In this document: positions 11,010 through 24,286 of the stretch, in pieces
Numbering within the stretch: position 1 is the stretch's first letter
How the letters are laid out: every line of letters begins with the position of its first letter
NCBI GenBank assembly: GCA_951406725.2
Contig: OX597815.1
Location: 170,314,001-170,378,000 of the forward strand
Length of the DNA: 64,000 nucleotides
From: Octopus vulgaris
Lineage: Eukaryota
Reading direction: 5' to 3'
Translations under genes and position numbers: made by a program
The notes under the pieces: generated by a model
What the model was told of the DNA's origin: nothing
The model's input: only the letters and a program-made list of their open reading frames with translations
The model's database searches: none

Positions 11010-13400
11010 CCAGTTTCATTCATTCTCAAGTGTTTGTACAGTGTTTTATCTTTGCAACCTTGCATCCTACACAAGCGTAACCTTATTACTTCCAATAATA
11101 GTGGTTCTGTGGCATTTTTATATACCATACTATGTTGTTTTCGTTTGCTCTTTGCATCCAATGAGTCCTCTTCTCCCTCTTTTTCTTGGTACATACAGTC
11201 TGATTTTGCTGTCCATTCTGTATTTGATGTAATTGGTCCTTAATGCTTGGGTAGCACCGTTTCCAGTTGTAAATCAATTTTAGTCATCCATAGCTATCTT
11301 TTTTCTCTGTCTGTATTATCTTCAACATCCCTATGAAATTGCCCGTGCATTCTTTTCTTTATCCACCTATTTTCAGTTTCATTCATTCTCAAGTGCTTGT
11401 ACAGTGCTTTATCTTTGCAATCTTTCATCCTACACAAGCCTGACCTCCTTATTTCCAATAATAGCGGTTCTGTGGCATTTTTTACATACCATGCTATGTT
11501 GTTTTCTTCTGCTCTAATGCTGTGTTCGCATCCAATGTGTCCTCTTCCCCCTCTTTTTCTTGGTACATACAGTCTGTCCGTGTCACGTTTTAGGTGGAGT
11601 ATTCCATATATAGTCAGCAACTTCCTTCTCTTTCTGTCTAAGCTGTTTAGTTCGTCTACTGTCCATGCGATTATCCCTGCTTGAAATCTAAGAAGTGAAA
11701 CCGCCCAGGTGTTGATAGCTTCAATCTTATTCCGTTTGTTTAATTTCGACTTAAGGATCAGTCCCAGGCTGCGCAAGTACGCTCCTTAATTTTTTCCGTC
11801 ATTTCTTTCTCCTTCAATTTCTCCATTTCCAATATCCTATATTTTTTATAGCCCGTCTCTTCTATCTGCTTCATAACATCCCCCGACAGTATCGCTAGCC
11901 CGTCTATACATTTGATTTTCCATGTTTTCAAGACTAAAACACCACACTTTTTCAGTCCGAACTCCATTCTGATGTCAGCAAGGAAAGTATACACCATATC
12001 AACAAGGGAACTGATTTTGGATTCATCTTTACTATAAAGTTTGAGGTCATCCATGAATAACAAGTGGTTGACTTTTTGCTGGCGGAACTTTAATACATAC
12101 CCAGATTTTACTTTCCTCAGAATCAGTGTTAGTGGTATCATGCACAGTACAAAGATCAGTGGGGACAAGCAGTCTCCTTGGAAAATGCCTCACCTGATTT
12201 CTATTGTCCCAAAACCTATTCCATATGCTCTCATTTCCGTCCTCCACTTCGCCATTCTTTTCCCAAGCAATCGCGCAACATTCGATGCAATACCGAATAG
12301 GTTCATACACTCCATAATCCAAGAATCTGAGTTCGTATCATATGCCTTACGATAATCGATCCATGACATGCCTAAGATAGTTTTCCTCTTCTTGCAGTCT
12401 CTAAGTACAGATTTGTCTGCCAGGAGTTGATCCTTGGCACCTCTGAACTTACGCTTGCATCCCTTCTGTTCATGTGACAGGACTCCATTTCTTTTAAGAT
12501 GTACATACATTGACCCTGCGACTATTCCAGGCAATAATTTCCACATAAGTGGCAAGCAGGATGTCGGCCTGTAATTGTCTACCGAATTGCCCTTTTCGAT
12601 TCCTACCCATTATCAGCCACTCTGGTGTTACTTGGTCAGCATTTAACAAGGTACTGAAATGTGCGGCTATTTGTGCATGACATTCACAAAACCTTTTGAT
12701 CCAGGAGCCTTGAACTCCATCAGTTGCCCATTTCCTTGTTGATTTCCGTCACTTCCTTAACTGAAATGACTAGTTCTGCCAGTTTTGGACAGACTACTGT
12801 TTGTTTCAGTTTTTGCAACCATTCAGCATCCTTCTTGTGCTCCTTGTCTTTGCTCCAGATGTCACTCCAAAACCTTTGACTTTCAATGTTATCTGGTATC
12901 AACTTTTCATCTGTACACTCTCCATTTATTTCTTTGTAGAATCTCTTCTGATTTACTCCTAAGAACCTATTCTGCTTGTATCCCTTCATTCTTTTGTCGT
13001 ATCTTACTATCTTTGGTTTCTTTGAAACGAGGCGCTGTTTCTTTTCTTCCAGTACCACTTTCAGGCCCTTTCTTTCAATACCATATCTCCTGTTCAGTGC
13101 TCTGTATTTTTGTTCGCTTTTAAGCTCCTCTTTTCGGTGTAAGACAGAAATGTCCTTTGAGAGCATGTCTAACCCCGCTTGTATTCTTCTTTACTACCAT
13201 AGATCTTTTCTTTTGTCACTCCCACTATATTTCCTTTTCTTGACATCAACACCTACATTTTCTACTACAACAAAACTTGCTGCCTTGATCAAATTATTTA
13301 TTTCTGTGATGATTTTGTTCTGATGAATTTCAAAATGTCATTCATATTTTCGTTTCTCGGTTCAATTTCCACCGATCAACCTTTTTAAGGTTGCAAATAA
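11010..13400 (-). mobile_element. R4/Dong-type (RLE) non-LTR retrotransposon, frameshifted RT region
   Basis: Consecutive broken ORFs give [65 protein letters not shown] and RLYVPRKRGGRG. Confidence 0.9.
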
Positions 13401-13429
13401 TGCTGCTACCATTTTCCTGTAGCCTTACC

Positions 13430-13752
13430 TTTACTCTGTCGTAGATTGTCTTTTCCCATCTGTTATGTCACCATTGTTGTTATTACTACCACCTTTTTCA
13501 TCGACCGCAACTGCTTAACCTCCCAAGCTAACCTGTCATATCTATCGAGTTTTCTTTCTTCCTTATGGCATACCTTCTTGTCAGCTGGGCATGCTATATC
13601 AATGATCCAGCATCGTTTGCTTTTTTCTCAATTAACACTATGTTTCGTTTCCTATTCTCTATATCATAGTCGCAATGAATCAATAAAATCCCATAAGATC
13701 TTTGCATTATTATTTTCGATGATGTCTTCGGGTTTATGTTCGAACCGCATTT
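13430..13752 (-). mobile_element. RLE endonuclease-domain fragment of an R4/Dong-type element
   Basis: HKPEDIIENNNAKILWDF...DIACPADKKVCHKEERKLDRYDRLAWEVKQL. Confidence 0.75.
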
Positions 13753-13759
13753 TTGCGCA

Positions 13760-14000
13760 GATTATTATTATTCAGTAGTCTTTTTTTTAACGTGCTTTCA
13801 CTGCACTACCGAGGACAACTCTGTGTGCCTTGGGTATACACTGTGGTTTGCTGTGATGCTCTTATGGTTGCTGTATTTAAATTGTTTTACGTAGGACGTG
13901 TGCAGTGCCTAGTAGAGCTATTTTCTGTATGTTATATATATTTGTTGGTCGTGGTGTTTTTGTTACGTATTTGTCTGAATATTTTTTATCATACCTAATG
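13760..14000 (-). mobile_element. 3' end of a second R4/Dong-type family
   Basis: IYNIQKIALLGTAHVLRKTI* followed by a 3' UTR homologous to 20880-20980; flanked by (TAA)n. Confidence 0.8.
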
Positions 14001-14041
14001 CGCCGTATTATAATTATTATTATTGTTGTTGTTGTTGTTGA

Positions 14042-14093
<52 letters not shown>

Positions 14094-14369
14094 TTCATTA
14101 TCATTATTATTATTATTATTATTGAAGGCAATTTGCTTTTAGTAGAAATATTTTTATTTATATCATCATTGTCATTGATAATAATAATAATGGTCGAAAA
14201 TTTGACAAAGTGGCTAGTAATTTCACCGGCCCCTAATACTCAGCTAGTTCTAATTTTATCTAGACCAAATGAATGAATATCAAAGTTAACCTCGATTGAA
14301 TTTGAACTTAGGAAAATTCAAAAGTGACTACATTTGGCCGTCATTTTATCCTGTGATTGCTGCCAGAGA

Positions 14370-15600
14370 TGGTTAATATAAACCAAACAATTTGGATTAA
14401 AAAGGAGTAGGTTTTACGACTACTTCCTCTGTATAGATGATCTAAAATTGAATACTTAATGTTCCAAGACGTAGAGTTTCCGTGTTGTCGAACAATTTAT
14501 TCAGATCAATAACATATCTTTGGAGCTAGAATCAAGGAGACGACAACAAAACAAATCATACTTGCAAATCGAATAGACAATTTAGAACTTAAGTAAGGGG
14601 AGATAATAGCAAGATGTAAACTTCCACTTTCTATGAATATTTCAGCAAAACTGAAAATAATAATGCGTGTAGACAATAGAAAATGAATGCCTTCATAGTT
14701 TCAAAACTTTTTGAAAACTAACCTGAAATGTAAGAATATAATCTGTCACTAGTAGCGACTTGAGAATCTTCTTAAGACCTGCCCGACGAAAGCATTTGCT
14801 AGACAAGTCGAACCAAGCAGAATGGGCTTATCGTTTTAGAATCTCAAGAGACGTATGATCTTCCTGCAAAAGGATGGTTCGTTGTTGGACCTGGGAGTGG
14901 CTTCAGGTTAGTAACTATTTTTTCTTGGATTGAAACAAGGGGTTCAAACATCTTCACGTGTGCTGAAGGGGAAGGTCTTGTTTATTAGTGTCCATCAGAG
15001 ACCGGCATGGTATCTTAATTACAAGCTGGGTAAACGTAAGAGGAACCATTGGGAAATTATCTATGTAAAAACTCTTAGACGTGCTCCAGAAATTCTAATT
15101 GCTTAGTAGAAAAGAAACAATACTTTGGTTTCTTTGAATTTCGACACCGAGTCATGCGAATCGTATCTAAACAGAATATATGTTAAGTCAACGGATAAGA
15201 ATAACATATGATTCCTAAAATTTCGACTCATCAGTAACATAGATTACAAGATGAAGTTTGCTCGGTCATCCTTAGTAAAGAGCATCGATAAGGGAGCAGT
15301 TAAGTGCAGTTAAACGCGTCGTCTCCAGTGATAAAGACCTACAGCGATTGTATTAGCAAATTTGTTAAGTGGGAGTTGACGTATGCAACTGGCTTCAATT
15401 AGCATGCGAATCTCTGAAAAGAGCCATTATTATATTGTCAAAAGCATAAATATAGGAATGACAGGGAATAAAACTAATAGGTAGAATAGAATAGGGGTTT
15501 CAAAAATTACTCCGACCAACGTGCTCTCAGTAAAAATGTCGATGAAGGATTTCTTCAACGTGAAACAAGAAGGTTGCATTGTTAGAATTAAGACTCATAC
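14370..15600 (+). mobile_element. Highly degenerate R4/Dong-type RT remnant
   Basis: FLCIDDLKL-like motif at ~14420-14450 and GRGL-like GGAAGGTCTT at ~14970; many stops. Confidence 0.45.
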
Positions 15601-16075
15601 TCTTAAACATGTGGTAGCAAAGCCACTCACGGGACCTGGGTGGTAGATGTGTGATGTGGAAACAAATCTATAGTTAGGTCTTTGCTGTACCACGATGAGC
15701 GGTCGTTATAATGTTCCAAGGAGTCGTGTACGATTGTGTGGTAGTACCTTGTCTGGCTGTCTGAAGGTAGTAGCGGACAGGAGAGAATGGGCGTTCGTGT
15801 CTGCATGCATAAAACATGGGAAAAATCGCGAGTAATATTGTATTCTTTTAGGCTCAGACTATAATGTTCAGAAAGAAGGGAAAATAAAGGAAGACAGAAG
15901 GGTGTCAAGTTAAATTTTCGAAAAGGGCTCATTCTCATCATGTTTGTCACTGCTCGTAACTCATCATTTATTTGATGCTAAACTTAGAGATCTGCCAAAA
16001 AGAATGCAATATACTTATACCGTACATATATCAAAGGACGGGAATTTATTATAAATAGAGGCATAATATTCATAG

Positions 16076-16330
16076 TGGAGGCGCGTGGCTTAGTGGTTAG
16101 GGTGTCAGCATCATGATCGTAAGATTGTGGTTTCGATTCCTGGACCGGGCGACGTGTTGTGTTCATGAGCAAAACACTTCATTTCACGTTGCTCCAGTTC
16201 ACTCAGATGGCAAAATGAGTAACGCTGCGATGGACTGGCGTCCCGTCCAACTGGGGAACATATACGCCATAGAAACCGGGACACCGGGCCCGTGAGCCTG
16301 GCTAGGCTTTAAAAAGGGCGCATTTATTTT
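16076..16330 (+). mobile_element. tRNA-derived SINE, family C, full length with TSD
   Basis: A box TGGCTTAGTGG, B box GTTTCGATTCC, GCGATGGACTGGCGTCCCGTCC segment; direct repeat ATAATATTCATA on both flanks. Confidence 0.9.
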
Positions 16331-16526
16331 TTTTATATATATAATATTCATATAGGAAATACTACAGCGATGAGTTCTGAAATTTGGAGTCGATTTCTAC
16401 ATTAATGGCAATTTTGAAAGCAACACGTATTGATATATGAAGCATAAACACTCAATTAAAAGAGAAGGCTGATATAGAAACAATCACGTTGCAGAACAAT
16501 TTACCCACTAACACAAGTGCTCCTCA

Positions 16527-16731
16527 ACCGTTAGCACGCCGGATGAAATGCTTTCGCCTGTCGTTACGTTGTGAGTTCAAATTCCGCCGAGGTTGACTTT
16601 GCCTTTCATCCTTTCGGGGTCGATTAATTAAGTACCAGTTACGCACTGGGATCGATGTAATCGACTTGATACCTATGTCTGTCCTTGTTTGTCCCCTCTA
16701 TGTTTAGCCCCTTGTGGGTAATAAAGAAATA
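16527..16731 (+). mobile_element. SINE family D (Nin-like domain), tail type 1
   Basis: GAGTTCAAATTCC B box, GCCTTTCATCCTTTCGGGGTCGAT..TAAGTACCAG Nin-like segment, tail TGTCCCCTCTATGTTTAGCCCCTTGTGGG. Confidence 0.85.
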
Positions 16732-16744
16732 GGTATGCTGCAAG

Positions 16745-16884
16745 ACGATGCTAGGTGTGCCGCAGTATAATCTGAATATAATTTTTTACCATATACTTTT
16801 AATTATATTTTTAATTCAGGTATGCCGCCGAATTTTGAAAAGAATAAAAGTGTACCGCAAGCGAAAAAAGGTGGCGGAGCACTG
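16745..16884. mobile_element. Possible hAT-type non-autonomous transposon end
   Basis: Repeated GTGTGCCGC-like subterminal motifs, ending AAAAAGGTGGCGGAGCACTG; only one end recognised. Confidence 0.4.
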
Positions 16885-17769
16885 CAGAAACGTATCAGAT
16901 ACAGTTTAAATTCTAAAAAGGGTTTTGCAAAGAGCTTCGAACTCTCCCCCACTACCAAATATCAGCGGTTAATAAGATGATTGTAGTGGGAGTACCATTT
17001 AAACCATAAACTACACACTTTCTCAAACGCATCTATATAATGCATTTTCAGTATTAGAACTCAAAGCATTATATCTGGTATCTTGCAGCTTTCTACGATA
17101 GTTATTGAAGAGTAAACTTATAACTTGTCAAACTCTGCGCAAACATATTTAAGTAAACCAATCCACACAGTCACACACAGATGCTCAACCACGATTACAC
17201 AGAGTCAGACATACAGTCGGACAAATACATACACACACCACAGATATATGTGTGTGACAGTATGTTTTGCGAGTGTAGTATATGACTGTGTAGTATATGA
17301 CTGAGTGTTTGTCTGTTTGTCTTAGTTTTGTGAGCGCCTGTGTATCTGTGTGTCTGTGTGTCAGTGAATACTTTACATATATGTAGAGAGACTTTATAAA
17401 CAACTAAAGAAAGAGTATCATTACTGTTCGGATTCGGCTGCCGCTAGAGTCTCGATGTATTCATAGTCAACTTGTTGATTTACTCATGTCGTTATCCTAT
17501 ATATTCTGTCGGCTTCACAGTCCGCATAACCAACCATACACTAGTTCTGTCGTTCTGTTTATTTTCTTATTTGGTCTGTCGTTCAAAGGTTTTGTTAGTT
17601 GGTAAATTTAAACTTTCGTTGCTACACTCATGCAGTCAGTTTGACTATCATTTTGGGAAAAAGAATCGAAGATGAAATAATACAATTCCATACAACGTAC
17701 ACACAAACACAGATATTATTTCAATAAAAATGTCATATTATTGATAAAACATTTCATATGGATACAAAA

Positions 17770-17770
<1 letters not shown>

Positions 17771-17804
<34 letters not shown>

Positions 17805-17888
17805 TTATTAATATTCAGACATATTCATATACAGAAACTAGCATACACACATACATACATATAAATAGATATGTGTATGGTATGTATG

Positions 17889-17951
<63 letters not shown>

Positions 17952-18423
17952 GTATGTATATATATATATACATATATATATGTATTTATATATATATATG
18001 TATGTATATATATATATACATATATATATGTATTTATATATATATATATGTGTATGTATATATATACATATATATATATGTATTTATATATATATATATA
18101 TGTGTATGTATGCATATATATATGTATGTATATATATACGTATGTATGCATATATATATGTATGTATATATATACGTATGTATATATATATATATGTATG
18201 TATATATATATATGTGTATGTATGCATATATATATGTATGTATATATATACGTATGTATATATATATATATGTATGTATATATATATATGTGTATGTATT
18301 ATATATATGTATATATATATATATATATGTATGTATATATATATATGTATGTATATATGTATGTATACATATATGTATGTATACATATATGTATGTATAC
18401 ATATATGTATGTATGTATGTATA

Positions 18424-18456
<33 letters not shown>

Positions 18457-18483
18457 GTGTATATATATACATATATATATGTA

Positions 18484-18514
<31 letters not shown>

Positions 18515-18597
18515 ATATATATGTATGTATATATGTATGTATATATATATGTATGTATACATATATGTATATATATATGTATGTATGTATGTATATA

Positions 18598-18689
<92 letters not shown>

Positions 18690-18805
18690 AATATATATAT
18701 ATATGTATGTAAATATATATGTATATATATATATATATGTATGTAAATATATATATATATATATATTCTACGTACACACACACACGTACACACGCACACA
18801 CACGA
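17771..18805. repeat. ~1-kb compound (TA)n/(TATG)n array
   Basis: Direct reading. Confidence 0.95.
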
Positions 18806-19584
18806 TCAATTATTTATATACACATATAAATGCATACATACATTTCCACTCAGATTTATACTCATAATGGATACATATATTTACATAAATGTTTTGATTT
18901 TAGATATGCGGTACGCAGATAACACGAATATCAATATATTTATACACGCTGACAGACACATAGACGTACATCAAGACAAATGCCTACAAACACTCTCACG
19001 TTCATATATACGTACAGATAAACCAACACATTCAAACTATTCCTGTCCACAGTTAATCTCTCGGTGATAAATGTGCTTGAGTTATCTAATACTCAGAATA
19101 AGCTCATACTCTGTCTCACAAGAAAATCGATGTTCGGTTTAAGTGAAGGGCGTTACTACCCAACAACATAGATAGTGCTAGTTGAGGATATTCCTAGAAG
19201 AGAGGAGGGAGTTGTGAAGATATGGTTATATGTAGAAAGTATGATAAAAAGGAAGATAGATAACGAGATATAGATATGGAGGCAGAGAAAGCGAGAGATA
19301 AAAAAAGAGGGGTGAATCAGAGATGTTGAGTGGGGAATCGAAAGCTGGTAAGCATAGGGGAAGATATCTACACAAGCAAATAAAAGGCAATAAAGAGCCA
19401 AAGTGACTTAGAGATAGATGCTTAAAGAGAGTAACGGAGAGAAAGACAGAAAGATTGATAAACAAGGCTTAACGTGGATGAATTGATGGAAAATGCGATA
19501 GGACATAAAGATAATAGAAACTAGCAATAAATTAATAATAATTTCAAATTTAGTCAGAAGACCAGTAATGATAATAATTCTAAG

Positions 19585-19798
19585 AATAATCCCTTCTGCT
19601 ACAGGCACAAAGCTTGAAATTTCAGGGAGGTGCATAGTCGAATATATCGATGAAAGTACTCGACTAGTTCTTTACCAGTCCCGAAGGGAAGAAAGGTAAA
19701 GAGGACCAAGGGAGGAACTTGAATCCAGAAAATAAAGACTAATGAAATGTCCCTAAGCATTTTGTTTGGTACTAAAGATTTCGACGGTTCACCGCCTT
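19585..19798 (-). mobile_element. Degenerate SINE family D, tail type 2
   Basis: AATCCCTTCTGCTACAGGCACAAAGCTTGAAATTT...TTCACCGCCTT; adjoins (TAA)n. Confidence 0.6.
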
Positions 19799-19817
19799 AA
19801 TAGTAATAATAATAATG

Positions 19818-19881
<64 letters not shown>

Positions 19882-19905
19882 TAATAATAATAATAATAAT
19901 AATAA

Positions 19906-20457
19906 TTGCCTTGATGCAGTACCAGACAGTGGCTCTCGTGGCTTCTGATCTTAACTGATTGGAAGTGTTATCATGTACATTGTTTTGTCTTGGTATAAAA
20001 GATGGGCTACAGCAAATATTCTGCTCAATACCATAGATTTGCTTGTCAGTTGTTTGACCTTAACCAGTTGAGCATGTCCCTTGGTGGCTGACGATATGTG
20101 TATCACAAGTAGAAGTAGTGGAGGAGCATCATAGCCATGTGTTGAGAGGAATTATTTTGGGGTTTGAATAGTTCACCTTTGGAAACATGGGTGTTTCGTT
20201 CAACATCCTTAAACAACCCTTATTCAGAGACCTTTTGAGCGGGATGGGTTACTCGACCAGAATAAAATTCTAACTGGGCCCCACCTGCAAGGTCATGTGC
20301 TGTTTATCTTGATATGAGATCACCATGTCCTGCACATATGGTTGTGATGCATGTGCCTAGTGTATCCTTATCAGACGGGTAGTCATGATGGGTATACTAG
20401 GCTTCGTATATTTTACCCCAGTGTCACTTTGATGGCATGCACTGCTCTCTCACTCAA
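19906..20457 (+). mobile_element. Unclassified ~550-bp non-coding interspersed element in (TAA)n
   Basis: Starts TGCCTTGATGCAGTACCAG directly after (AAT)n and ends GCATGCACTGCTCTCTCACTC before (AAT)n; homologs at 9245-9768, 10868-11010 and 21182-21342. Confidence 0.8.
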
Positions 20458-20479
20458 TAATAATAATAATAATAATAAA

Positions 20480-20980
20480 GAAAAAAGTTGGTAGGGATAC
20501 GCCCCAGAAAAGGTCACAACAAATGAGAAAGCAACCATACTATGGGATATGCCAAAACACACAGATAGAAAAATTAAGGCCATAGGCCGAATATAATTGT
20601 CAGAGATCAAAATGCTTTCTAATCGATGTATCAATGCCAACATATGACAATGTTTCTCACAAAGAAACGGAGAAACTTTCAAAATACAAAGACCTGGAAA
20701 TATAGGTAACTCGAACGGGGAGTCTAAAAACAGAAACAATTCCTGTCATAGTGGGCATACTAGGTATGATAAAAAATATTCGAACAAATACAAAGCAAAA
20801 ACACCAGGACTAACAAGTACATATAACATATAAAGCAAATAGCACTACTAGGTACCGTACACATCCTACATAAAACACTTCTCAATACGGTAAAAATATG
20901 AACACCACAACAAACCATAGCACATATCCAAGTTACTCAAAGTTGCACTCGGTAGTGCAGTTGAAACACGTGATAAAAAT
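20480..20980 (+). mobile_element. 5'-truncated R4/Dong-type element (RLE domain plus 3' UTR)
   Basis: APEKVTTNEKATILWDMP..TDRKIKA, CFLIDVSMP, KYKDLEI, TIPVIVGILGMI, IALLGTVHIL; (TAA)n on both sides. Confidence 0.85.
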
Positions 20981-21056
20981 AATAATAATAATAATAATGA
21001 TGATGATGATGATGATGATGATGCTGATGATGATGATGATGATGATGATAGTAGTA

Positions 21057-21096
<40 letters not shown>

Positions 21097-21181
21097 TAAT
21101 AATAATAATAATAGTATTAGTAGTAATAATAATAATAATAATAAGTTTAATAATAATAATAATAAGAAGAAGAAGAATAAA

Positions 21182-21342
21182 TGTCCTGATGCACTACTTT
21201 AATATGCGGTTAGCATGTCATGCACATATGGTTGTGATGGTTATGCCTGGTGTACTCGTATTGGACAGGTAGTAATGATAGGTATATTTGGTTTCGTATA
21301 TTTGTACTCCAGCGTCAATTTGATGACATGCACTACTCACTT
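21182..21342 (+). mobile_element. Internally deleted copy of the ~550-bp element
   Basis: Retains the 5' TGTCCTGATGCA and the last ~130 bp of 19906-20457. Confidence 0.65.
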
Positions 21343-21357
21343 AATAATAACAATAAT

Positions 21358-21660
21358 TACAACCGACTTACATACGAGACAACTCGACTGTGGGAAGTGA
21401 AGAGGGTAAAGATAATGCTAATTATTGTTAGGTTCTTGGGGACAATATCAGAAGGCACTGAGAGAAATATAAAGGAAATCAGAAGAGAGTGCTCAGTAAA
21501 ACTGTTACAAAAGATTTGCCACCTTCTTCGGCAGAATCACCAGAAAAATACAATATAGTTGGAAAGAACAGATAGCATGGTACCGTAGGGTGCAGATAGC
21601 AAGTGCGCTATGTAGGCAATAAATCAAGGAGCTCCAACAAAACAAAAGTTAAAAGACTAA
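21358..21660 (+). mobile_element. Degenerate R4/Dong-type RLE 3' fragment
   Basis: YNRLTYETTRLWEVKRVKIMLIIVRFLGTI...LLQKIC. Confidence 0.6.
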
Positions 21661-21832
21661 TAGTAATATTAAGAAGAGGAAGGAGGAAGACGAGAAAGAG
21701 AAGAGAAGAAAGAGAAGAACAAGAACAAGAGAAAAAAGAAGATATATATAAATATATAAATCATATATATAAAATATAAATATATATATACATACATACA
21801 TACACACACACACATATATATATATATAAAAT

Positions 21833-21864
<32 letters not shown>

Positions 21865-21884
21865 GAAATATACATAGGCTTAAG

Positions 21885-22287
21885 ACTGGCTGTGTGTTAA
21901 GTAGCTTGCTTACAACCACACTTACGTGTTCAGTCCCACTGCGTGGCACCTTGGGCCAGTGTTTTCTACTATATCCTCGGGCCGACCAAAACCTTGTGAG
22001 TGGATTTGGTGGATGGAAACTGAAAGAAGCCCGTCGTATATATGTATATATATGTGTGTGTGCTTGTGTGTCTGTGTTTGTCCCCCCAACATCGCTTGAC
22101 AACCGATGCTGGTGTGTTTACGTCCCCGTAATTAGCGGTTCGGCAAAAAGAGCGATAGAATAAGTACTGGGCTTAAAAAGAATAAGTCCTGGGAGTCGAT
22201 TTCCTCGACTAAAGGCGGTGCTCCAGCATGGCCACAGTCAAATGACTGAAACAAGTAAAAGACTAAAAGTGTAAAGAGTAAAAGAGT
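21885..22287 (+). mobile_element. SINE family A
   Basis: Full-length homolog of 2629-3054. Confidence 0.9.
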
Positions 22288-23689
22288 ATATATATATATA
22301 TGTATCAGAAATCGAATGTGCTCAGGTTTAAATTGCTCATAATACACCGCATGGCAGGATGGCATCCGTATGATAACTACAGGAGCTGAAATCTCATGGA
22401 CGGAAAACTTTCGAATTAAGGTGCTTGAAGCTTGGTGGCCAAAAAAAAAACAAAAAAAAAAAATGGAGTGTCACCTTCCTTTCGATATTTCTAGGGAGAA
22501 CTATGATGGAACAGAGGTAAACTACTTCGTAGGATTATTCGTCTATAACAACTTTAGAAAGTACTCTATCCCTCGTTTCACAGATTGCAAGGAAACGATT
22601 GACTTACCCGTCTCGAACATGGTGAGTGCTCATACCATTTATAGATTTAGAAAAGATATCATTTCCAATTATTTCCTGGGAATTTGATTTTATGGAAGCT
22701 ATAAGCTAATACACCCAACGATAATTTACGTTTTACACATCATCCCCAAAGAAACGAAGATACCATAGGCATGCATAAAATTTCCACAGCGATAATTAAG
22801 AAACTCGCACACGAAAGTAGGAAAGACTCAAATCTGAACCTTAGACAAGGCTCACTTCTTTGCAATTATGCACTTGTTACAAGTAATCTCATCGAAGAAC
22901 TGACATAGAAAGAACACTTCTTAGTAGAAATAGGAAGATTGTAAACTGTTTAAAACTACAATTGAACATGTATGAAGCCGCTAATGAAGCTGGGAAAAAG
23001 GTGACATTCCTCACCTCTGTATATTTATACAGCAAGTGCATCTTCATGATAGACAATTCCCTTGGGACAGCTTTTATATGCCCCAAGGTCCACTTGCTTA
23101 TGAATATAATAAGCGACATTAATTGGCACCCAACTGATGACTGCATCTGCAGTCCGTTTCCCCTCGCTTACAATCTAGATAGTGACTCGATATTTCTAGC
23201 CTGATAAATGTTTGTAGTCTTTGAGATTTATGGCAGAAGATGAGTAACAAATTGGTGACTAGGTTTGAATATTTAAAACCCAAAGGCCAGGTGGTGGAGT
23301 TAATCTCAGAGACGGATTAAGTGTAAAGCTTAAGAATAGATACTATCGACTGATACTATTTTCTGTCTGAGCCACATGATGGCAAAGCCTGTTATTTACA
23401 AAGTCATACATGCGTGTGTATATAGTGAGGAAGAGGGAGGAAAAGAGATAAGAAGGGAGAGAGAGGGATTGAGTGATAGAGTGAAAGAAAAGAAAATCAG
23501 GACATACACAAAGAGAAGAGAAAGAGAGCAGAAGATAATTATGAGTGACTATAACGTAATACGGAAAACAAAGAATGAGAATTATTAGGATGTCTTTGAC
23601 AGAAAGGAAGATAGATAAAGATATAGAGATATAAAATGTAGCCCTTTCACATACTTACAGACACATGCTTGTAAAGGGAGGGAGAGAAA

Positions 23690-23823
23690 GTGAGAGAGAA
23701 AGAAAGAGAGGGGGACAGAAAACGAAAGAGAGTGAAAGGTGTATATATATATATATATATATATTTATTTATATCGAAAGAGAGAGAGAGAAAGAGAGGG
23801 GGATAGAAAGAGAAAGAGTGAAA

Positions 23824-23881
<58 letters not shown>

Positions 23882-23913
23882 TGGACAGAAAGAGAGGAGA
23901 GTGAAAGATGCAT

Positions 23914-23961
<48 letters not shown>

Positions 23962-24048
23962 GGAGAAAGAGAGAGAGAGAGAGCGAGAAAGAGAGAGAGA
24001 AAAAGAGAGAGAGAGAGAGGGACAGAAAGAGAAAGGGAGTGAAAGATG

Positions 24049-24116
<68 letters not shown>

Positions 24117-24145
24117 TGGACAGAAAGAGAGGAGAGTGAAAGATG

Positions 24146-24202
<57 letters not shown>

Positions 24203-24254
24203 GTAGAGAGAGAGAGAGAGAGAGAGCAAGAGAGAGAGAGAGAGAGAGCGAGAA

Positions 24255-24286
<32 letters not shown>

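Noticed and set aside
16076-16150. tRNA-like sequences (also 1262, 2629, 40081, 41517)
   Set aside because: These are heads of multi-copy SINEs; no complete cloverleaf or acceptor stem could be built.
23131-23162. CTGATGA followed by the hairpin GACTGCA-TC-TGCAGTC
   Set aside because: No GAAA after the hairpin and no stems I or III; not a hammerhead.
22370-23350. Coding-like unique stretch with short ORFs on both strands (also 42900-44320)
   Set aside because: No motif could be identified with confidence; probably ancient transposon debris, and a tblastx/HMM search is needed.
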